This document shows positions 1 through 4,930 of a DNA stretch of 5,167 bases, one piece after another. This stretch comes from Ostreococcus tauri. Its lineage: Eukaryota. Location of the stretch: the NCBI GenBank assembly GCA_000214015.2, contig CAID01000017.2, positions 44,125 to 49,291 of the forward strand. Direction: 5' to 3'. The translations under genes and the position numbers were made by a program. Position 1 is the stretch's first letter. Each line of letters opens with the position of its first letter. Under the pieces are notes generated by a model. That model worked only from the letters and a program-made list of their open reading frames with translations. It made no database searches and was not told where the DNA came from.

Positions 1-1352
1 TTCGCGTGTGGAAATTCAGCGAGTTGAAGCTTGACATGGAGATCGACGTCGGGTGCTCCGTTCGGTGCGGGTACTTGCACGAGGACGGTTTAATCGCCGT
101 CGGGTGCGGTGATAAACACGTTCGAGTTTTTGATACGATGACGGGTAAGCGCGTTCGCACGTACGTGCCTCGCGGGAACTTGGACGACGCGGGAGACGTG
201 AAGAGCGTACAAATTAGCGCCCACGGTCGATGGGTCTTGTCCCTCGACACGAAGGGGTCGGTGCGCGTGTACGACATTCCCGCCGCGAGATTGCTGCAGC
301 ACATGGAACTCGGCGCGGAAAAGGTTGTCGCGATGCACTTGTCTCCTCGCATGGACTTTTTGGCCACCGTACACGAAGGTCACGTCGGTGTGTTCCTGTG
401 GGTGAATCAGCCGATGTTTGCATTCAAGCCGCCGAAAGTCGCGTACGGGCGCAAGGTGTCGATCGGGTTGCCAAAAAAACACGCACAATTGGACGGAGAC
501 GATCTGGACGTCGATGGATCCAACGATGACCGCGCGATCGTGGACGAGGATGAGGTGTACGTGCACCCGCTGGAGGACGAGGAGGCGGCTGAGGAGCACA
601 CGATTGAAGAGTTGGAGAACATCTTCAAGGAGATGTCCACGGCGAAGAAACAGATTGAACCTGGCATGATTACGCTGGCAAACATACCGGAGACGCAGAT
701 AGACTTACTGCTCAACTTGGAGACCGTGAAAGAGCGGCAAAAATTGAAGAAGGAGGAGAAGGAACCCGCGAGGGCGCCGTTCTTTTTGCCCACGACGGCG
801 GCGAGCGACGACGTACGACGATCCATCTTCGACACCTCCCGGGAGGCTGAGCTCAATGAAACGTCGACGACGGCGAATGGAAAAGGCGACGACGACGCGC
901 CGAAGAGTCGAATTTTACGCCAAGGAACGGATCTCGCCGGCGCGATGGCGACGCCTCTCTTGGCTTTGATTCGCAAGGGCGAGGAAAAGGGCGACTACCT
1001 CGAGGCGCTGGAGTACTTGCGAAACGCCACGCCATCGACATGCGACGGCGAAATACGCTCGCTCGGTCCGTGGGATCACAAGTTCATGTCCGAGGACGAC
1101 GTCAAGACGTTGATGAGCGCCATCAAATTTTTTACGCAAACCATCAAGTCGGGCATGTACTACGAGTTGGTTAACGCGCTCCTCACGGTGTTCCTGAACG
1201 CGCACACCACCGCCATCATGCAGTCTCCAGAGCTCGTCGAGGAGTGTCATCACCTCCGATCGGCTCTGCACTCGACCTACAGCAGGATTGACGATCTTTT
1301 CAACGAAGTACAGTGCGCGTTGTCGTTCCACACCGGTCAGTTTGGTGTGTAA
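1..1352 (+). CDS. UTP21: Utp21 / WDR36-family U3 snoRNP (SSU processome) WD40 protein, C-terminal ~450 aa; 5' end truncated by the window edge
   Basis: The frame is open from the window edge (first full codon at nt 3), so the GTG at 6 in the ORF track is not a real start. The N-terminal part has WD40-like repeat ends (GDKHVRVFD, KGSVRVYD, HVGVFLW). The C-terminal part carries what I recall as Utp21-domain hallmarks: LLNLETVKERQK...APFFLPT (APFFLP = nt 774-791), EIRSLGP, and YELVNALLTVFLNAH followed by LRSALHSTYSRIDDLFNEVQCALSF. These parallel the C-terminus of human WDR36 and yeast Utp21 as recalled from memory. TAA stop at 1350-1352. Third-codon positions are G/C-rich, as in the other two genes. 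Confidence 0.88.
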   Translation, partial: RVWKFSELKLDMEIDVGCSVRCGYLHEDGLIAVGCGDKHVRVFDTMTGKRVRTYVPRGNLDDAGDVKSVQISAHGRWVLSLDTKGSVRVYDIPAARLLQHMELGAEKVVAMHLSPRMDFLATVHEGHVGVFLWVNQPMFAFKPPKVAYGRKVSIGLPKKHAQLDGDDLDVDGSNDDRAIVDEDEVYVHPLEDEEAAEEHTIEELENIFKEMSTAKKQIEPGMITLANIPETQIDLLLNLETVKERQKLKKEEKEPARAPFFLPTTAASDDVRRSIFDTSREAELNETSTTANGKGDDDAPKSRILRQGTDLAGAMATPLLALIRKGEEKGDYLEALEYLRNATPSTCDGEIRSLGPWDHKFMSEDDVKTLMSAIKFFTQTIKSGMYYELVNALLTVFLNAHTTAIMQSPELVEECHHLRSALHSTYSRIDDLFNEVQCALSFHTGQFGV

Positions 1353-1368
1353 ACGACGACGTCGTCGT
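1353..1368. repeat. Perfect 16-bp palindrome ACGACGACGTCGTCGT immediately after the UTP21 stop codon
   Basis: Checked base by base: positions 1353-1360 are the reverse complement of 1361-1368. An 8-bp palindrome CGTCGACG follows at 1374-1381. Function unknown (3' UTR hairpin or protein-binding site). Confidence 0.8.
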
Positions 1369-1426
1369 CGCGCCGTCGACGAGACGTTCGAGCTTCACAC
1401 AGAACGCAACACCGTTTCACGCGCGC

Positions 1427-1437
1427 ATATAATAATA
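1427..1437 (+). promoter_or_regulatory. TATA-like element (ATATAATAATA), candidate core promoter of FKBP12
   Basis: This is the only AT-only stretch in an otherwise CG-rich 177-bp spacer. It lies 93 bp upstream of the FKBP12 ATG and is followed directly by a pyrimidine-rich leader. Position and composition fit a TATA box, but there is no transcript evidence. Confidence 0.35.
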
Positions 1438-1438
1438 G

Positions 1439-1529
1439 CGTCGTCGTTCCTTCATTCGTCCACCACTCTCTCGCGCGCGCCTTCGCGTCTCGTTCGCTCC
1501 GCACTCCGCGACGCGCCTCTTCGCCCTCG
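1439..1529 (+). promoter_or_regulatory. Pyrimidine-rich leader / Y-patch-like region upstream of FKBP12
   Basis: Hand count gives 67 of 91 nt as C or T on the + strand and only 5 A. There is no ATG anywhere in it, so there is no upstream start codon. Its place between the TATA-like element and the ATG matches the plant-type TATA plus pyrimidine-patch arrangement. Confidence 0.4.
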
Positions 1530-1895
1530 ATGAGCGCCTTCGTCCCCGTTCCCGGTCACGCCACCACCCGCCGCATCGTTCGACAAGGAACCGGCGCCGA
1601 GGTCGTCCAGGGCGACACCGTCACCGTGCACGCCAAGGGAACCGTCGTGGAGACGTCAAAAGTGTTTTGGTCCACCAAGGACCCGGGACAGAAACCGTTC
1701 ACCTACCGCGCCGGCGTCGGCGCCGTCATCACCGGATGGGACCAAGGTTTATTAGGCACCGCCTCCGGCGGCGTCGTCGAGCTCAACATTCCCGCGCACG
1801 AGGGGTACGGCGCCGACGGGTTCCCGGCGTGGGGGATTCCGCCCGACGGAACGCTCCTCTTCGAGATCGAAGTGTTGAGCATCCAAGGTAAATAA
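1530..1895 (+). CDS. FKBP12: FKBP12-type peptidyl-prolyl cis-trans isomerase (plant/algal FKBP12 subtype), 121 aa
   Basis: ATG at 1530, TAA at 1893-1895. It is a single FKBP domain and aligns by eye along its whole length to human FKBP12. It is especially close to Arabidopsis FKBP12 as recalled from memory: GDTVTVHAKG vs GQTVTVHCTG, KVFWSTKDPGQKPF vs KFWSTKDEGQKPF, GAVITGWDQG vs GAVIKGWDEG, and YGADGFPAWGIPPDGTLLFEIEVLSIQ vs YGAGGFPAWGIQPNSVLDFEIEVLSVQ. Confidence 0.92.
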   Translation: MSAFVPVPGHATTRRIVRQGTGAEVVQGDTVTVHAKGTVVETSKVFWSTKDPGQKPFTYRAGVGAVITGWDQGLLGTASGGVVELNIPAHEGYGADGFPAWGIPPDGTLLFEIEVLSIQGK

Positions 1896-1922
1896 ATCCC
1901 TCTGAGCCCCGCGTCGAGCGCG

Positions 1923-2033
1923 CGTCGTCGTCGTCGTCGTCATCGTCGTCGTCGTCGTCGACGACGACGCGCGCGCGCGCGGCGTCGGTGGCGTCCATCG
2001 TCGCGCGTCGCCGTCGCCGTCGTCGCCGTCGCG
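1923..2033. repeat. Compound simple-sequence repeat: (CGT)6-CAT-(CGT)5, (CGA)3, (CG)7, then degenerate (GTCGCC)n
   Basis: Read directly. CGT units run 1923-1958 with one CAT interruption, followed by CGA x3 at 1959-1967. A perfect 20-bp palindrome CGTCGTCGTCGACGACGACG spans 1950-1969. Alternating CG x7 occupies 1968-1981. GTCGCC-like hexamers occupy 2007-2033. The repeat lies in the FKBP12-DDX11 spacer and produces the poly-Asp and poly-Thr artefact ORFs on the minus strand. Confidence 0.9.
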
Positions 2034-2052
2034 TCCCGTTGTCATCACACAG

Positions 2053-2066
2053 TTTCCCGCCAAAAA
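2053..2066. promoter_or_regulatory. Overlapping inverted E2F/DP-type binding sites (TTTCCCGCCAAAAA)
   Basis: TTTCCCGC on + (2053-2060) and TTTGGCGG on - (complement of 2057-2064) both fit the E2F consensus TTTSSCGS. The element ends 73 bp upstream of the DDX11/CHL1 ATG. It was the only such match I found in the window by eye. Confidence 0.5.
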
Positions 2067-2138
2067 TCATCACTTCGCGCCTCGACGCCCCCGTCGACGC
2101 CCTCGCGCGCGCGCGCGGCGCCGTCGCCCGCGGTTTCG

Positions 2139-4901
2139 ATGCCCGCGCTCGCGCGGCGTGATTTTCCGAGCTTTCCGTACGCCGCACCGTACGGGATTCA
2201 AAAAGATTTAATGCGTCGAGTGTACGACGCGTGCGAGCGAAAGAAAACGTTCGGTGTGTTTGAGTCACCCACGGGCACGGGGAAGACGCTGAGCGTGCTC
2301 ATCGGCGCGTTGTCGTGGATCGATGATCGTCGACGACGGCGGCTTCGGGGGGAGACGTCGTCGAGCGACTCGGAGGATGCGGTCGAGGCGGCGGCGGGAC
2401 GCGGCGCGGCGGCGGCGGCGGCGGGACGCGGCGCGGCGGACGACGAACCGGATTGGTTGAAAGAGTACGACGCGAAACGAAGGAAAACGGACGCGGATTC
2501 GGTGGAGAAACGTCGGCAGGAGATTAGGAGAGAGATGCGGGAGCGAGCGTCGAAGGCGGAGCAGAGAGCGATTTTACGGAGAGACGCGGAGAAGCGTTTG
2601 CGAGAACAGATTGCGAGCGCGAACGCGAATGCGGAGACGCGATCGGAGGTGGATAAATACACGGCGGAGGAGCGAGAGTTCTTGGTGGATGAGTACGATT
2701 CATCGGCGGAACACGCGGTGGAGGATCTTCGGACGCTTTTGAGGGACGGGGACGACGAGAGCGACGACGAGGACGAGTCGGCTCGGCGAGAGGAAGACGA
2801 GGCGCTCAGACCGGCGCAGCAGATCATTCTCTGTTCGCGCACGCACTCGCAGCTCACGCAGGTGATTGGAGAGTTACGAAAGACGGTTTTCGGTGGAAAA
2901 GTTGAGGGCGCGCCGGAGATGGTCACGGCGGCCGCCGTCGCCGGTCGCGCGCAGCTGTGCGTAAATCCGGCGGTGAAAAGCTTGGGCTCGGCGGCGAGAA
3001 TTAACGAGCGTTGTTTAGACATGAGCAGGGGGAAGAAGAAGCCCGGAGAGAAGGAAAAGCACAAGGCGTGTCCGTTCCTATCGAAGCGACGAAAAGCTCT
3101 GCTCGAGCTCAAAGAAGCGGCGCTGGCGAAACCGATGGACATTGAAGACTTGGCGAAACTCGGCGAGACGAGACGAGCCTGTCCTTACTACGCCGCGCGC
3201 TCGGCGTTACCCGAAGCTGACTTAGTTTTGATGCCGTACGCGTCTCTCTTGCACGCGGACACGCGAGAGACGTTGGGGGTGAGACTGGAGAATGCCGTCG
3301 TGGTGTTCGACGAGGCGCACAACTTGGTGGACGCCGTGCACAATTCGTACGGCGCGGCGGCAACCTTGGACCAATTAAACGACGTCGACGACATGGTCAC
3401 CGCGTACGTCGAGAGATTCAAGACGAGATTGAGCGCGAGTAACCTGCGATACTTACGAACGCTGACGAACATCGCGCGCGCGTTCGCCAAGACGCTCGCC
3501 AAGGAAAGCGACGACGAGACCAAGGCGCGGAAACGTTTGACGACTCTGAATGATTTCTTATTCGAGTGCGGACAGGACACGGTGAACATGTTCAGCTTGA
3601 GGAAGTACTTGAAGGAGAGCAAAGTCGCGCACAAGATTGCGTCGTACGGCGAGTGCTCGAGGGCGGATGCGAACGCGGAGGAATGGGCGTCCGGGCGTCC
3701 GGGCGTCGGCCGAGTCAAGATTGAAAAAATAGGCGACGCGAACGTCGCCGTCGCGCCGACGCCGTCGCCCAACCCCAGAGTGGGCGCGGTGCACGCGCTG
3801 TCGTCGCTCATCGAGGCCTTGGCGAGCGCGGACTCGGACGGGCGAATAGTGTACGAACGCGCCGCGGATGGCGAACCGGCGAAGCTGCGCTTCATTCTTT
3901 TGGACGCGGCGAGTCGATTTCGACGCGTCGTCGACGCCGCTCGATCGGTCATTCTCGTCGGCGGTACGCTCGCCCCGTTCTCAGAGCTCGTGGCGCAGCT
4001 CTATCCCGAGCTCGACGTCACTGGATCCACGACGGTCTCGACCCCGGCGCGTTCGCCGAACGCGGGCGTCGCCCTCAAGACGTTTACGTGCGGTCACATC
4101 ATTCCGCGGGACAACTTGCTCGCCGTCCCGCTTCCCGCCGGCCCCACCGGCGTCGCGCTCGATTTCACCCACGCCTCGCGCTCGAGCGCGTCGCTCATCG
4201 ACGAACTCGGAAGAATCGTCCTCAACGCGTGTCGCGTCGCCCCCGGCGGGGCGTGCGTCTTCTTCCCATCCTTCGCGTACGCCGACGACGTCTGCGCGCG
4301 ATGGGACGCCACGGGCGCGATGGCCGCCGTGCGCGCCGTGAAGGATGTCTATCGCGAGCCCAGAGACGGTGCGGCGCTGGAACAGTGTTTACGCGACTAC
4401 GCCGCCTCAATCTCTCGCGCGACGAAACCCAACGGCGGCGCCGTACTCCTGTGCGTCGTCGGCGGCAAGCTCAGCGAGGGCATCAACTTTAGCGACGACC
4501 TCGGAAGGCTCGTCGTCGTCGTCGGTTTACCCTACGCCAACGTCGCCGACGCCGAGCTCCGGGCGCGCAAGGACCACTTGGACGCCACCGGCGAACGAGG
4601 GCGCGGTCGGGCGTATTACGAAGCCCTGTGCGCGCGCGCGGTGAATCAATCCATCGGTCGCGCCGTTCGCCACGTCGGCGATTACGCCGCCGTCCTCCTC
4701 TGCGACGTTCGCTGGGGCCCGTTCGCTTCGACGTCCGGAAAGCGCGGCAAGCACGTCCAGGCGCTTCCCGAGTGGATCGCCCGACGACTCGCGACGCCGA
4801 CGTCGTACGGCGACGCCCACGGCGCGCTCGCCCGATTCTTTCGGGACAAACGCATTCGCATTCGGGCGTCGCCGTCGCGCGCCGCGGAGACGAACGGGTG
4901 A
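2139..4901 (+). CDS. DDX11: DDX11 / CHL1-type ATP-dependent DNA helicase (XPD/Rad3 superfamily 2 Fe-S helicase; sister-chromatid cohesion and replication), 920 aa
   Basis: ATG at 2139, TGA at 4899-4901. It is colinear with human DDX11 as I recall it. Matching elements: N-terminal FPYAAPYGIQKDLM (Q motif); Walker A ESPTGTGKT (2262-2288); a charged insert containing DEPDWLKEY; CSRTHSQL (motif Ia); four Fe-S cysteines at Cys274 (2958), Cys292 (3012), Cys311 (3069) and Cys348 (3180) in LCVN / ERCLD / ACPF / ACPYY contexts; DEAH box VVFDEAHNL (DEAH = 3309-3320); TLNDFLF; GGTLAPF; CGHIIPRDN; PGGACVFFPSF; VVGGKLSEGINFSDDLGR; and motif VI NQSIGRAVRH (4644-4673). No frame breaks and no need for introns. 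Confidence 0.93.
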   Translation: MPALARRDFPSFPYAAPYGIQKDLMRRVYDACERKKTFGVFESPTGTGKTLSVLIGALSWIDDRRRRRLRGETSSSDSEDAVEAAAGRGAAAAAAGRGAADDEPDWLKEYDAKRRKTDADSVEKRRQEIRREMRERASKAEQRAILRRDAEKRLREQIASANANAETRSEVDKYTAEEREFLVDEYDSSAEHAVEDLRTLLRDGDDESDDEDESARREEDEALRPAQQIILCSRTHSQLTQVIGELRKTVFGGKVEGAPEMVTAAAVAGRAQLCVNPAVKSLGSAARINERCLDMSRGKKKPGEKEKHKACPFLSKRRKALLELKEAALAKPMDIEDLAKLGETRRACPYYAARSALPEADLVLMPYASLLHADTRETLGVRLENAVVVFDEAHNLVDAVHNSYGAAATLDQLNDVDDMVTAYVERFKTRLSASNLRYLRTLTNIARAFAKTLAKESDDETKARKRLTTLNDFLFECGQDTVNMFSLRKYLKESKVAHKIASYGECSRADANAEEWASGRPGVGRVKIEKIGDANVAVAPTPSPNPRVGAVHALSSLIEALASADSDGRIVYERAADGEPAKLRFILLDAASRFRRVVDAARSVILVGGTLAPFSELVAQLYPELDVTGSTTVSTPARSPNAGVALKTFTCGHIIPRDNLLAVPLPAGPTGVALDFTHASRSSASLIDELGRIVLNACRVAPGGACVFFPSFAYADDVCARWDATGAMAAVRAVKDVYREPRDGAALEQCLRDYAASISRATKPNGGAVLLCVVGGKLSEGINFSDDLGRLVVVVGLPYANVADAELRARKDHLDATGERGRGRAYYEALCARAVNQSIGRAVRHVGDYAAVLLCDVRWGPFASTSGKRGKHVQALPEWIARRLATPTSYGDAHGALARFFRDKRIRIRASPSRAAETNG
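2389..2439 (+). repeat. In-frame 27-bp tandem duplication (two copies) inside the DDX11 charged insert
   Basis: Positions 2389-2412 are identical to 2416-2439 (24/24 with period 27; first mismatch at 2413 vs 2440). It encodes the duplicated peptide seen as AAAGRGAAAAAAGRGAA. It lies in the poorly conserved region between helicase motifs I and Ia. Confidence 0.85.
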
Positions 4902-4916
4902 CGTCCCGCGACGCCC

Positions 4917-4930
4917 CGCGCGAGAGCGCG
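4917..4930 (+). other. GC hairpin with GAGA tetraloop (CGCGC-GAGA-GCGCG) 16 nt downstream of the DDX11 stop codon
   Basis: Read directly: 4917-4921 pairs with 4926-4930, loop 4922-4925. Presumably in the 3' UTR; function unknown. CG-rich sequence yields such palindromes easily. Confidence 0.4.

Noticed and set aside
6-8. GTG at position 6, shown as the start (M) of the first ORF in the track.
   Set aside because: The frame is open to the window edge, and the region encodes internal WD40 repeats of a protein whose homologues have several hundred more N-terminal residues. The gene is simply truncated by the window.
90-1331. Minus-strand ORFs antisense to UTP21 (90..599, 214..423, 407..976, 853..1041, 915..1331) and out-of-frame + ORFs (230..529, 418..669).
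   Set aside because: Same reasoning. They overlap a CDS with clear homology-type motifs, have biased Arg/Ser/Ala composition, and show no domain signatures.
1288-1533. A + strand ORF (81 aa) bridging the UTP21 3' end and the FKBP12 start.
   Set aside because: It starts out of frame inside UTP21 and runs through the palindrome, the TATA-like box and the pyrimidine leader. Its composition (RRRRRR, low complexity) is not protein-like.
1886-1893. AG|GTAAAT at the end of FKBP12 resembles a 5' splice donor, suggesting a possible additional exon.
   Set aside because: The ORF already ends at the canonical FKBP12 C-terminus (FEIEVLSIQ plus GK). The in-frame TAA follows immediately, and the downstream sequence is a simple repeat with no plausible acceptor or exon.
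1752-2268. Minus-strand ORFs with poly-Asp (1783..2268) and poly-Thr (1752..2063) runs spanning the FKBP12-DDX11 spacer.
   Set aside because: The homopolymer runs are just the (CGT)n/(ACG)n microsatellite read in two frames. The ORFs overlap the ends of two well-supported + strand genes and otherwise look like Arg-rich noise.
2198-3952. Long minus-strand ORFs antisense to the helicase (2198..3142, 314 aa; 3188..3952, 254 aa; also 3109..3363, 3558..3794, 3981..4172, 4094..4312, 4222..4410).
   Set aside because: They lie entirely inside, and antisense to, a strongly supported CDS. They are Ser/Ala/Arg-rich low-complexity sequence with no recognisable motifs. They are expected because the sense codons whose complements give antisense stops (TTA, CTA, TCA) are rare in this GC-rich codon usage.
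3868-4644. Same-strand out-of-frame ORFs inside the helicase (3868..4341, 4088..4492, 4345..4644) and inside FKBP12 (1667..1891).
   Set aside because: They are Arg/Pro/Ser-rich frameshift shadows of the real frames. The real frames carry every expected helicase or FKBP motif without interruption.
2139-4901. A large DinG/XPD-like helicase with co-directional neighbours could be read as a bacterial defence or CRISPR-associated helicase operon, the kind of novel system the task hints at.
   Set aside because: The protein is colinear with eukaryotic DDX11/CHL1, including the lineage-typical charged insert with DEPDW, four Fe-S cysteines, the DEAH box and the C-terminal motifs. Its neighbours are Utp21, a nucleolar protein found only in eukaryotes, and a plant-type FKBP12. 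There are no Shine-Dalgarno-like sites and no operon-style overlaps. Housekeeping genes explain it fully.
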